DNA of 64,000 nt from Octopus sinensis (taxonomy: Eukaryota). The stretch spans positions 39,308,001 to 39,372,000 of the forward strand of contig NC_043009.1 of the NCBI RefSeq assembly GCF_006345805.1. Direction: 5' to 3'. A program made the translations under genes and the position numbers. The number at the start of each line of letters is the position of its first letter. Within the stretch, counting starts at the first letter, position 1. This document shows positions 1 through 12,679 of the stretch, piece after piece. The notes below the pieces were generated by a model. The model saw only the letters and a program-made list of their open reading frames with translations. It did not search any database and was not told the origin of the DNA.

Positions 1-171
1 TGAGTCAGTGACTTATACTACCATGTTAAATACGTTTGATGCATCTGTGCAGCCTCTCACTTTTGATTGGGTTTACCAAAACTATTAGCTATTATCTATA
101 TTTTACGCTATTTCACGCATTCATCCGGGTATGCTTGCATGTATACATGTTTTATATGCTTGAGTATTATG

Positions 172-224
<53 letters not shown>

Positions 225-322
225 TTTATAAGTATATACACACATACACACATATATATATATATGTATATTATACACTCACACACACAGGGCATAGGTA
301 TGTAGACAGATATGTGCGTGTG

Positions 323-362
<40 letters not shown>

Positions 363-1613
363 GAGAGAGAAAGAGGGATGTGTGTGTGTGTGCACACACA
401 AAAACACACTCACACACACATACATAGGAAGACAGGTTATAGGCAGGGAGATAGGTAGATAAACAGGCAGATAGAGAAGTGTTTAACTATTAATGCGAAA
501 CGATGGAAGAAATCTGGAAATTCACCCCATTTTGTTCCTAAACGACATTTTCATTGGGAAGTAGAGTGCAATTTTGAAACATTAGTTGTGGATTTATTGT
601 CGAATGCTTATAGATATATAGCCCAATCGACATGATACATATACATACAAATGGATGCAATGTGTTATAAATTAGATAAATGAATGCATAGATAGTAATG
701 TATGAAAATAGATGGTCTCCATATATAATTATATCAACAATTAGCATGACATAAAATCATATTATCATTATATATCATCAAGATATAGAGGATTTGTCTT
801 ATTTCCTGGAGAAGAATTACGTTGAAAATGGCGCTTAGTATTTCAGATTTATTATCTTACGGAAACTAAATTGTAACGATAGAAAAGAATGCAATAGAGG
901 GAACTTTGGAATGTGAACTAGATTTTGATATTGATATTCTGAAAGATATTTCGGTTTATTTCAGATAATTGAAGTAATATTTCCGAAAATTACATAATAT
1001 CTATCTGCAAACTCATATTTAATTGATATATGCATACGTAGAAACCCACTCATCACAGGCCGACACGCAGTCTAACACGAACACACACACACACACACAC
1101 ACGTATTTATGAGTGTGTGTAGTAATATATAATATATATATATTTATGTATGTATATATGTATGTATATATATGTTTGATTGTGTGTATATATACATATA
1201 TATATATATATATACATACATGTGTGTGTATGTATGTATATATATATATATATATGTATATATATGCATGTTCGTATGTATATATATATACACATATATA
1301 CATATTTGTGTGTGTGCTTGTGTAATAAGATTAACTAGTTCTTTCAAATATGTTGTCAGCATTTCAGTTTATAATTATTTCCGATAATTCAGAAATATGC
1401 AAAGCATAATTGTTAAACAGAGTCAAAGATAGATGAGATATACAGACACATCTATACAGACACACAACACACACACGCACACACTCACACACACACACAC
1501 ACGCATACACACTGACACCCATTCTACAGAAATGCATGCATCACGTACCTATCTACTTACCTACCTGGCTGCATTTCCCTGTCTTTAAACCTCTCTCCCT
1601 TTCTCTTATAATA

Positions 1614-1665
<52 letters not shown>

Positions 1666-1805
1666 CATGTATCTTTGTATTTATTTATTTATACGTGATG
1701 ACATGAGTTCACAGAGTTTGAGATGTTATATACATCGCTAGTCACAATTCGGTTTGTATCGTTTTAGCTTCCGAAAGACACCACCCGCTCGCTAGACGTG
1801 CAGAC

Positions 1806-1847
<42 letters not shown>

Positions 1848-1874
1848 CATACGTGTGCAAGCGTGTGTGTGAGA

Positions 1875-1930
<56 letters not shown>

Positions 1931-1952
1931 GAGAGAATGTTTGCATGTAATA

Positions 1953-2797
1953 TACAAAGTGCGTTCAAAAAGTATCCGAGTTCATTTTATCCTGACAAAA
2001 CTTATGTCACGTGGAGTGAAGCTACCCTTTTTGCGCATGCACGCAAAATTTCGCACCTATAGAACACGTCGGCTCCCGTGTGCTACGTCTGGAGTACACA
2101 CACAAGTGTAGTGCGCGCTTGTCAGATTTCGTTTTCATATAAGATGAATGAATGCATGGAGCAGATACCCTAAACTCCTATCTGATGATGGTGCCCATGA
2201 AGTGTGGGTTGTGGTTTGCATAGTTCTGCTTCTCCACAGCGATTTCCAAACGGAGCTTCTTCAACTGTTCACCCAGTTCCTTGGGGATGAATTTTGCCGA
2301 CATTCTCCACATTCATAAATCCTCTGATAAAATGGAGTGCACTGATCCCGAGCTTATTCGCATTTGTTGAGCAATTTCCTGGATTGTTCCACGACGGTCT
2401 TCCGTGATTATATGCGGACTTTCTCAATTGGTTCCATGTTTCGGCTTGTGAATAGCCTTCCCGAGCCTACCTCGCTCATCACTGAACTGCGACATCTTTG
2501 AAGCGGTTGTAATACGCCTTGAAATGAACTTTGTCCATGGCATCATTACCAAAGGCCAGCTGAATTTCTGAATGACTTTAAGTTATCACCAAGCTTTTGG
2601 CAAAATCGAATCCAATATCTCTGCTCGATGCGTTCAGTGAAAATGAACATCCAACAATCATGCATTACATGTGAGTATTCTAAACATAACAGCCGGGAAC
2701 TGACGCAGCATACGGGCGCGAAAATTCTCAGGTATACACAGGATTTCTCCCACCCGACATTAATTTTGGTGGGATAGGTTTTCAAACGCACTTCGTA
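1953..2797 (-). mobile_element. Internally deleted mariner (Tc1/mariner) element with a decayed N-terminal transposase
   Basis: Imperfect TIRs (TACAAAGTGCGTTCAAAAAGTATCC versus the reverse complement of the right end, TACGAAGTGCGTTTGAAAACCTATCC). TA on both flanks (1951-52, 2798-99). The minus strand reads MFIFTERIEQRYWIRFCQKLGD and later SGRL-like HTH linker sequence with stops and frameshifts. Confidence 0.85.
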
Positions 2798-2842
2798 TAT
2801 AGTAGATATACAAACTATATATTCCTCCTTCGATTGAAGAAA

Positions 2843-2910
2843 CGTTGACAGCCCAAAATAGTTTCGAACGCTATCGGGCTCTCATCATAGGTATCTTTGC
2901 ATAGTCAACG
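2843..2910 (-). ncRNA. Degenerate type I hammerhead-ribozyme-like motif
   Basis: Minus strand: CGTTGAC...ACCTA-TGATGA-GAGC(ccgatagc)GTTC-GAAA-CTATTT-TGGG...GTCAACG. Stem II, GAAA and a 7-bp closing helix are present. C3 is missing and stem III is broken. Confidence 0.35.
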
Positions 2911-3323
2911 AAGAAGACGAAGGTTCAACGCAGCAATGTGTATATAAATGTTACGGGTGTGTATGTAGAAGGAGTTGTATGTTTGTGTGTGTGTTTGCGC
3001 GCAAATATTATTTTGCTTTAATACTTGCTTCATTTTCCCTTTGCGTTTTCATCCTCAGAGTTATCTTTTTGATCCCGAGCTTTGATTCTGTTTCCAGTAT
3101 TTTTCTCCATATCTTTTTGCAGGACTTATCCGCTTGAATTCAATTCAATTATTGACAGGTTATTATCTCCATATTCTTTCTGCGTCTTAAAGTTTTGTAG
3201 TTTCTCCGTTACTCACAGCTTCTTTATCTCTTTGGCTTACTATAAACTGTTGCATCTTTGAAAAGATTGTTTTCCGTTCATGATCCTCAATTCTTTACTT
3301 GCCTTCATTACCATCACATCTTT

Positions 3324-3379
<56 letters not shown>

Positions 3380-4157
3380 ATACATACATGCATACATACA
3401 TACATACATACATGTATGTATGTATGTATGTATATATAGATAGAGAGAGAGAGAAGGAGAGGGAGGGAGAGAGATGGATAGGTAGATAGATGGATAGATA
3501 AATAGATATATTTACATGCATATAAATATTTCTATATATACACACACGTACATATGAGGCAGCCTCCCTTTTGATAATTTAGACAGTATTATATAACGCA
3601 CAGCGTCCATAAGAGATGATATATCAGGACAACAGCCGCAGTGACTGATCTGTTAACGGTGTATCTACATTAAGTACGACACATAGATGACAATTTCAAT
3701 TAAATACTTCCTTAATTGCGTATATCGGATTTTTATTCACTCGAGCAGCTATTCGCAACATCAGTGACTGTTTTATTCTGTTTCCTATAACAGAAGCAAC
3801 GAATTTTTGTCGACAGCAAATTTTCCCTCTTGAAATTTCTCGAAACGGTCGAAACGTCTATGGGGTCCATTCTAGGTGCTGCTGTGACAAGTTTGCGTCT
3901 TCTTTCAATATATATGATTTTAATACAGTATATCTGCAACATAGTTCATCTCAGAACAAATGCTCCAGTAACTGTCCTATCAACAGTCTATAAACATTAA
4001 GTAATAATAAAACTTGATTGTTACATGCACACGTACACTCGCATGCACACACACACACACACACACACACGCACAGACACAACACAATACATAGAAGTGG
4101 GAATATAGGCAGTTTCTCTTTATTATTAGCAACCATACTGATATTACGACTAAGAGG

Positions 4158-4362
4158 AAAGCGGTGAGCTGGCGAAATTGTTGGAAGAACCGGAGAAAAT
4201 GTTTAACGGCACATTCGGAGCTCAAACTCTGCTGAGATTGACTTTGCCTTTCTTCATTTCGGCGGCGACAAAATATGTACCAGTTGAGCACAGGGGTCGG
4301 TGTAATCGACTTAACATCTCGTTCGCACTTGCTGGCCTTGTGCCAAAATTTGAAATCAGTAT
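4158..4362 (+). mobile_element. SINE family B, diverged copy
   Basis: Colinear similarity to the 48420-48651 copy (GCGGTGAGCTGGC head, GACTTTGCCTTTC, GGGGTCG..TAATCGACTTA). Confidence 0.7.
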
Positions 4363-5006
4363 CACAGCTGATAGGCAAACATTAGGTTTAGCAAAACGGC
4401 AATCAAATCGAAGCAATGGTGGTTACGAGTTTCGAGCGAGGAAAACGAATAAAGAAAGCAGTGGCAGATATTAACACAAAAGAAGAAAATGATAGAAAAT
4501 ATTCAATCATTAGATTAAACTGTATATAAAGGGAACCCATCTAAGATAAGCAACGGACACGTTTGGCTCTTTTAACTCTCATAGCGAAACATATTCAACT
4601 CACCTTACAAGTGAACTGTCAGCTATTTATAGACGAATTCTTATATATATTTGCCAGTTTATTCTCCTATTAGAATTTTCTTATTTCTTTTCTTCTCATC
4701 TTACAACTCGTTTTTGTTTGTATCATTTTTGCTTTGTAACTCTATTGGCAAATACATTGTAAATAATGAACACATAGATTGTTTTTTGTTTTAACCAACG
4801 CCTTTGTGGTTTGAAACTGATGAATTATTTACTGACAATAATATTTGGATACTTGGTGTGGAGGTGAAAAATTTCATTACATCACAATGTTATAGTTTCT
4901 ATGTGTTATTTATGTATGAACTAATACACCTCACATTATAAGTCAGCATGTATATTTACATGTATGTACACCACGTATATATTTCTCTCTCTTTCACGAA
5001 ATATAT

Positions 5007-5079
<73 letters not shown>

Positions 5080-5221
5080 GTCAATTGACAAGAGGTGACA
5101 AGAAGAACAATACACAGATACACACACACACACACACACACGCATACACACAAACACATACACAAACGCACCACGCAAATGTGCATATAATAATATGTAT
5201 ATATATTATATATATATGTAT

Positions 5222-5295
<74 letters not shown>

Positions 5296-6978
5296 ATATA
5301 TATATTTATTGTTTCTCTTGTCACTTGATAAAACTTATATGTAACAACAACTATAAACGTATGTCAGTGCGAACGAATGTATATTTAAACAGATACATAT
5401 TTATAAAATAAAAACATAGTGATAAGAAAACTCCCCGCCGACGCTGTGCACTATATTTTCGGTTCACCTACCAATATTATATGAGTTGTCGGAAGTGCAT
5501 GCTGAACAAGCAAAAAAAAACAAAAAAAAAACAAAAAGAAGTAAGTACAACTGAAAGATTAATGAGAATTTCTATAGAATGGCTCTGATGTAATATATTT
5601 TTGCTATTTTGTTTCATATGTTAAAAAGATTATCCTGAGAAAAGAAAATAAACGAGATTGTAAACATACTCACTAAATCCCCTAAATATTTACTTCGCGA
5701 CCCTTGAAAAAAAGGTTTCCAGCGAGGTTAGTAATTTCGCTTAAAATATTTTGCATTTTGTAAATTGTGTTTTATAAGAGAATAGAGATGTGGTATGAGG
5801 CAGTTTTGACAGCAGTAGTAGTGGTAATGGAGAATTTGTCGGTTATCTTACTGAGTTGGGCTTTCAAAACGAAAAGAAGGCTAAAAGTGGTGCCAGAATA
5901 CACATCATCACCATCATCATCATAAGCATTAGCATCACCATCATCCTTGTCATTGTCGCTTTCCTAGTTATAATAACAGTTCTTTCTACTATATGCACAA
6001 TGCCTGAAATGTAAGGAGGGGAATAGTCGATTACATCAGCGCCTGTACTCATCTGGTACTTATTAACAAAACTTTCCGACGAACGGGAACGTGAAACTGA
6101 GTAACTGCTTTTGTTAAATTTCTGCTGTTTTTAAATAAAGCATATTACTCTACCTCTGGTATTTGAGTACACTTTTTTCTACCTTGTTTCACATTTATGT
6201 GTTTACTCCGGTATATATATATATATATAGGGAAAAGTAAGAAGAAAAATTAAGCGAAAATACACGTTGGAAATCAAAAAAAGTAAAGGCTTTTTATGAA
6301 AAGTAACAATAGATATATGCAATTAGCTGAACTGTGGTAGGAATAAAAGTGATAATTATCTAAGTGATGTGTACACTGCAGGATTCTCCTCAGGCCAAGG
6401 GTATGGTGATTAAATGAAATTTACATTGTCGCAAGAAGGTACATGTCAACACACGGGAAATTCGACCAGAATGTGAGGAAAGCACAGTTAGAGTGGGGAA
6501 TATATTATGAAGAGAAAATTAAGAGCTTAAGAATGGAATATAGAAAAGAGAAACAATAAAAAAAGACAAGGGAGTGGAAGAGTTGTAAGGAATTTAAGCA
6601 AGGTCATTTCACAAGTGGTTTCAATAGGGCCGAGCCTTAGAGATAAGTATGAGGAGTGGCATTTGAAAGGATAATGTAATGGGAAGAGCTGGTGGGGAAA
6701 AGCCTTTGTGATCAAGAGGGAGAAAAAAATATGCATGAAGTGATAGTGTAATAGTAAAAATTGAGTAAAAATATATATGTAATCCCTAATAGGGGAGCAG
6801 TCTACCCGAGGTAATTTTAGTAAAACCCCACAAGATATCGCGGATTACTCTACTATCTCTAAGGTTTCTTTCCTCCTAATAAGAAAAAAAGCATACTCAG
6901 AGTAGTTCCAACCAGCTTCAACCGTCTTGCCACCGTCATCCCCCTTTCTACTCTCACTTTTCTCATGATAATAATGAT

Positions 6979-7563
6979 CCTTTCTGCTATAGACACAAGG
7001 CCTGAACATTTGGGGGAAGGGGGTCGATGAAATCGACCCCAGGACGTAACTGGTACTTATTTCATCGAACCTGAAGAGATGAAAGGCATAGTCGACCCCG
7101 GCGTAATTTGAACACAGAACGTAGAGACAGGCGAAATACATATTTCTATTTCTTTACTACCCACAAGGGGCTAAACACAGAGTGGACAAACAAGGACAAA
7201 AAAACGGATTAAATCGATTATATCGACCCCAATGCGTAACTGGTACTTATATAATCAACCCCGAAAGGATGAAAAGCAAAGTCGACCTCGGCAGAATTTG
7301 AACTAAGAACGTAGCGGCAGACGAAATACCTATTTCTTTACTACCCACATGGGGCTAAACACAGAGAGGATAAACAAGGACAGACAAACGGATTAAGTCG
7401 ATTATATCGACCCCAGTGCATAACTGGTACTTAATTTATCGACCCCGAAAGGATGAAAGGCATAGTCGACCCCGGCGGAATTTGAACTCAGAACGTAGCG
7501 ACGGGTGAAATACCGCTAAGCATTTCGTCCAGTGTGCTAACGATTATACCAGCTCGCCGCCTC
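6979..7563 (-). mobile_element. SINE family B head-to-tail trimer with a 19-bp TSD
   Basis: One full unit followed by two 5'-truncated units restarting at (G)GTATTTCG. Direct repeat TTCTCATGATAATAATGAT at 6960-6978 and 7564-7582. Confidence 0.85.
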
Positions 7564-7961
7564 TTCTCATGATAATAATGATACTAAACGCAAAAGATTT
7601 CTTTAAAAAACCTCAAACTAGCCCAAATAAAACATCAATCACTGGCATTGTAAAAATAAGTACAATGTACATACATTGGTATACACGCAAGTAACCTTAA
7701 ATACACCTATTGTTTAGTGATCCGTAGCTAATGTCAAACATCAGTTCACACGCTAAGTTGTTAGATTTGACAGCAACCGATTTTCAAAATATATTTCTTT
7801 TCCCATTAACAAGCGCTGACTTCAATTGATTGTGTCGTGGCATGAGAAAATATAGCTTGCTTTAATACATTTGTTGATGTGAGGAAGTTCTAGTTGAGAA
7901 TAACTGAAATGAGGTAAAATAAGTGTGTCTAATGAATAATTGAATAAAGCTGAAGTAATTT

Positions 7962-7975
7962 CTAATACACAAGAC
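7962..7975 (-). CDS. Candidate terminal coding exon of a small minus-strand gene (frame A: GLVY*)
   Basis: Strong acceptor CTGTATTTTTCACAG|G. The phase fits the upstream 47-nt exon. No homology support. Confidence 0.3.
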
Positions 7976-8204
7976 CTGTGAAAAATACAGCGTTGTAAGG
8001 TATGAGGGAATAAAATTGCATATTCATACGGTTATTATAACTTATCCTAAAAAATCCATCTTGCTCGATTTCACTTAGTATATATAATATTCGTGTTGTA
8101 ATTTACACAACTCTTTTAAATACTTATTCCGAAACTTGGTTTGTCTTGCGAACACCCGTGTCAAATTAATAGTTTTTCTTTCTTTTTTTTTTTTTCAAAA
8201 ATGT

Positions 8205-8385
8205 CGGCATATGGTGCAAGTGTGGCTATGTGGTAAGAAGCTTGCTTCTCAACCACATGTTTCTTGATTTACTCCGGCTGCTCGGCAACTTAGGCAAGTG
8301 TTTTCTTCCATGCCTGGGGGCCTACCAAAACATTGTGAGTGGATTTGGTAGACGGAAACTGAAAGAAACCCGTCATATATGTATA
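8205..8385 (+). mobile_element. SINE family A, 5' half ending in an expanded (TA)n
   Basis: Similar to the first half of the 22543-23045 copy (GTGGTAAGAAGCTTGC...GGATTTGGTAGACGGAAACTGAAAGAA). Confidence 0.75.
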
Positions 8386-8389
8386 TATA

Positions 8390-8492
<103 letters not shown>

Positions 8493-8510
8493 TGTATATA
8501 AATAAATAAC

Positions 8511-8910
8511 GGCTGTCTGGTAAGTAGCTAGCTAACCAACCACATGGTTCCAGGTTCAGTCCCAGTGCGTGGCATCTTGGGCAACTGTCTTCTGCTATAG
8601 CCCCGGGTCGACCAATGCCTTGTGAGTGGATTTGGTACACGGAAACTGAAAGAAGCCCGTCGTATATATATGTATATATATATATGTATGTGTGTGTGTT
8701 TGTGTGTCTGTGTTTGTCTCCCTAGCATTGCTTGACAACAGATGCTGGGGTGTTTATGTCCCCGTCACTTAGCAGTTCGGCAAAAGAGACCGATCGTACA
8801 AGTACTAGGATTACATAGAATAAGTCCCGGGGTCGATTTGCTCGACTAAAGGCGGTGTTCCAGCATGGCCGCAGGCAAATGACTGAAACAAGTAAAACAG
8901 TAAAACAGTA
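8511..8910 (+). mobile_element. SINE family A (tRNA-like head, CORE-like CTTGGGCAA box, internal TA/TG repeat)
   Basis: Colinear with 22543-23045. Ends in the short repeated tail GTAAAACAGTAAAACAGT. Confidence 0.85.
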
Positions 8911-8958
<48 letters not shown>

Positions 8959-9027
8959 AACAGAATTAGCGGCTACAGTAAGTGAATAAGGGATAAAATA
9001 TCCATATATACTATCAGTATCCGTTAC

Positions 9028-9074
9028 CTGTATTATCCCAGGGCGTTGGTGTGCAGGCGCACCATACACGTAGA
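9028..9074 (-). CDS. Candidate 47-nt internal exon
   Basis: Acceptor CTCCTGTTTATCCTGTTGCTATCTGCAG| and donor CAG|GTAACG. Open in two frames (LRVWCACTPTPWDNT or YVYGAPAHQRPGIIQ). GC-richer than its flanks. Confidence 0.45.
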
Positions 9075-11419
9075 CTGCAGATAGCAACAGGATAAACAGG
9101 AGTTTAGCAGGAACCAATGCAAATAAATAATTAGAAAATGAAGAAAACCGTAGATTAACCTACACATCGATTGCACCACATTTATAGCTTATTTATTAAT
9201 ACAAAGCATGACATAACAAAACTTATAGCCGTTTCTAATCAGATTGCCAGAATGCAGTCTATACATAAATGCGAGAATAAAATTCTTCATTTTCATAGGG
9301 CATTCGAATTAATGCAACAGATCATCATCAGAGTGAAAACAAGAGCATATAAAGGACGAAGTAAAAAGAAAGAAACCATGGCTTTGACAAATAATATAGA
9401 AGCCCAATATGTTAAGTGCAAATAATTATTTACCATCAGGGCTACGAGAGCGTAGATGAAAGAGTGAGCTAGTAAAGGTCTAGGGAATGCTACAAATAAA
9501 AGGGGATCAAGATGTTAAAAAAAGAAGTTATCAAGAAACTATAAGTAAGGTAAATACTAACATGATTATCAAAGGTCAATACCTATACAAACGGAGTAGA
9601 CTTAAGTGAAAGTAAACAAATATCGTAGGGTGTTAAAGAAAGAATTTACTCACATGAATTAATACTAAGAATCCCACCTATGATCCACAATGGGTCAAGT
9701 CTAAGTCCAGAGGTCTCTATATTGGTCAGTTACAATTTGAAATAGGGTCATAAGTTAAAACCGTTACAAAGGATTTGTTTATAAAATAAACAAGAAAAGA
9801 AAGGAAAGAAGAAAGGTACGGGAGATTAGTCAATGAATAGATATTTAGGGCCGTATATGTCCTTCAGCATCTTAACATTATAACATGCAAGACGGAAGCA
9901 TTATGAGACCAGGTTAGTGGTTAAGGGGAGGCAGTAGGTTTTGGTAAATCAGCGGTTCAATGAAAACTAGGGAAAGAAGTAGGGCTAAACCTCGTATATA
10001 GCGAATTGTAAGTAATAATTAGGTATATACAGGTATGTAAAGAAAATACATCCTATAGGTGCTCGACAGTGCATAAATAAATGGCACTAACAGTTATGCG
10101 GATAATATTTAAGGCCAAGATTGTGCTGATGTTCCCGTAACTTAGTAGTTCGGCTAAGAGGCCGGTAAAATAAATGTCAACCTTAAAATTAAAATAAATA
10201 CTGGGGCCGATTCATTCGATTAACAATTCTTGAAGGCGGTACCGAAGCATGGTCAAAGTCTAATGAAACAATTAAAACGTAGAAGATATGGCGCGAAATA
10301 ATTTTATCAAAGGTTCATAGTGGATTTCATGAAGAGTCGTAGTTGACTGTAATTTATACCCGGGGTGTCAAAGTGAGTGTTTAAAAACACTCGTAAATGA
10401 ATATAATGAGACCTTTTGCTTGGCGTTTCATTGATTCACGCTACTGCCATACTGAACTGATAAAATAATGAATAACACATTTCGTGGTATCTTTCTATCA
10501 TACTTTTTTCCGAATGAGAAGTTTCGTACTTAAAAATGATCACTTTTGCCTAGGTAAGGTCTCAAGTATTGCATATATGTTTACTTAAATTTAGCTTATT
10601 TTCATTTAGTGTCTAGCAAATGAAAAACATTTACTAAGACGTCACTTTTATACATTTTGGCTGTGAAAGGTCAGAAGGGCAATTATATTTAGATGAATTA
10701 CATCTAATAGTTATCCCTATTCCACGTATCTAGGATTCTCATCTGTTAAGGAAATACGAATGGATGCTAATTACGCCGTTAATATATTGATTGTAATGTG
10801 ATTTTAATGATTAGCTTTCGCTTTTAATTCCTTGATTCACTATCTAAAGACAAGGTAACATGCACATCGAAGGGTTTTACATGAATAACAGGTGTACGAG
10901 AGGTAGTTAATTTGACATTAAAGATGAATAGCTTTAATTGGAGGATACCAAAATAGCTAATGATGCAAAAAAAAAAATCTTGACTTTTTATCTGAGGTTG
11001 ATATTTGGTAGCATAGTGTTATATACTGGTTTTAAAAATTACATGCCATCTTATCCCAAAGTGATCTCGACTCAAATTTACATTTAACTAATCAGAAATA
11101 TTACGCATTATACTTACATAATTTTTTATAATGCTATTATTAATATCTCTTATTATACAACTTGGACAGATGTAAAAAAAATGTCATATCAAGATTATTA
11201 ATGAAATTGGAGTGATCATGTAAGCTTATGTATTATTAGAAGCGAATATTTTTGAGATGACATTTCTATAAATACGGTTCCTTTTATAAACTACAGGGAA
11301 AGGTTATGAAGGTAAATCTCTTGTGTAGCAGATGGCTAGTGTTGGTTGTGTGCCGGGATAGAATTTCAATAAACAGGAAAGAATAAGGTAGAATAAATGA
11401 CATGAAGTAGGAAATTTAC

Positions 11420-11447
11420 CTACGCTCAGTAAACTGAGAACAGGAAC
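11420..11447 (-). CDS. Candidate 28-nt internal exon
   Basis: Acceptor TTCCGTTTCCTAG| and donor AG|GTAAAT. 28+47 nt preserves frame with the 9028-9074 exon (SCSQFTER or VPVLSLLSV). Confidence 0.35.
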
Positions 11448-11618
11448 CTAGGAAACGGAATCTAATGTTTTATCAATTCTCGATTAAAACTATTGCGTAT
11501 CTCTAACGATACTAATTACGATTGAGAAACGCACGATTGTCAAATTCAATCCCCGTCGTAAATATTAAACATTTATCTGGAGCCTGTACGAAACTGCATA
11601 TCTGATATAACTCATAAA

Positions 11619-12267
11619 TCTCTATATCTATAAACGGAAAAATGTCTGTGTATCTGTGTGTCTGTGTGTTTGTGTGTCTGTGTGTCCTTTATACAAATCC
11701 ACAGTTCTTCAAGTAAAAGGCTCGCATTTTCTATGGGCTTTCAAAACTGTCTGAGGATGATCGTGAAGATCTTTTCATTTCCCCAGTCACCCCAGAAAAC
11801 CATTAAAAAGTTGATAAACCGACCCCTTATGACCATAAGGTATGGGCATATCCATTCAAAATCGCTAAAACATAGAAATTTGTACGCGGTGCGTGCGTAC
11901 AGCTAGATACACCAAAAGACTGCCAGCTGTTTTTTGATTGGACGGAGATAATTTTACCCTTGACAGTTGAATGCGTGTGCGGATTTGCAGACAGTCTGTA
12001 TGACTCAGCACATTTATGTGTTTTGTGAAGGCGCGTTATCATGTGTTTTGGCTTTCAAACATGCACGCTTTTTTGATTTGAGAAATGCAGGGAATAATTA
12101 ACGAGTTAGACCAAATGAATGACAAGACAGTGGGATTTTCATGAAAGACCAAATATGCTTGATATGCTATCATTACGTATGCCATACAAGAGTTGGAGCC
12201 TATTCAATGAATCTACTTAGCAACAAGCACTAGCACTAGACCCGGCAACGCCGGGTGATAGTGCTAG
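11619..12267 (+). mobile_element. Non-autonomous Helitron (649 bp)
   Basis: 5' TC after A (TCTCTATATCTATAAACGG). Subterminal GC hairpin ACCCGGC-AAC-GCCGGGT (12240-12256). 3' CTAG followed by T. Inserted in an A|T site with no TSD. Confidence 0.8.
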
Positions 12268-12679
12268 TATTAGATAGTATCGACTGTAGTGTCTAACATC
12301 ATTTATAAATTATCAACGGTGCCCCAGCATGGCCACAGCTCGTGAGCTGAAACTAGATAAAATATAAAATATAGAAATATAAAGTAACTTGGTTACTTTG
12401 TTGGCAATAAAGCGGTATTTCTTTTGTATATTTCTAATTTACAAATTACAAATACATACACGATTTTTAAGACACTGATGCTTCAGAATATCCTTTAAAC
12501 TAGATAAAATATCATCCGGGAATCTGAAATTCTGCTCCCACTATATTAGTTTACTTGGTAAATAATAATATGGACGGTGTATTCTCCTTAAATTATTTAC
12601 ATTTTAACATTTGATGGATATTTCGCTTTCTGCAGTTCAAGTGTTATTTTACTCAAATTTTACTTATGTTATAAAATCT

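Noticed and set aside
3826-3866. GAAACGTC hammerhead-like 3' half
   Set aside because: No CUGANGA core or stem II upstream.
3733-3942. ORF resembling a GPCR TM7/helix-8 tail (MDPIDVSTVSRNFKRE)
   Set aside because: No NPxxY tyrosine, no preceding TM segments and a weak acceptor; the resemblance is superficial.
5864-6052. Apparent TM-encoding exon
   Set aside because: An ATC/GAT low-complexity run whose splice-like site lies inside an adjacent SINE tail.
8722-9117. ORF that looks like a signal-peptide protein (MVPAKLLFILLLSAVYVYGAP...)
   Set aside because: It starts at TTG, and the hydrophobic part is the polypyrimidine tract of an acceptor. It runs through a donor into (TA)n and a SINE. Only the 47-nt exon was retained.
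11299-11313. Plus-strand 15-nt microexon candidate (CTACAG|GGAAAGGTTATGAAG|GTAAAT)
   Set aside because: Isolated, with no compatible plus-strand exons identified.
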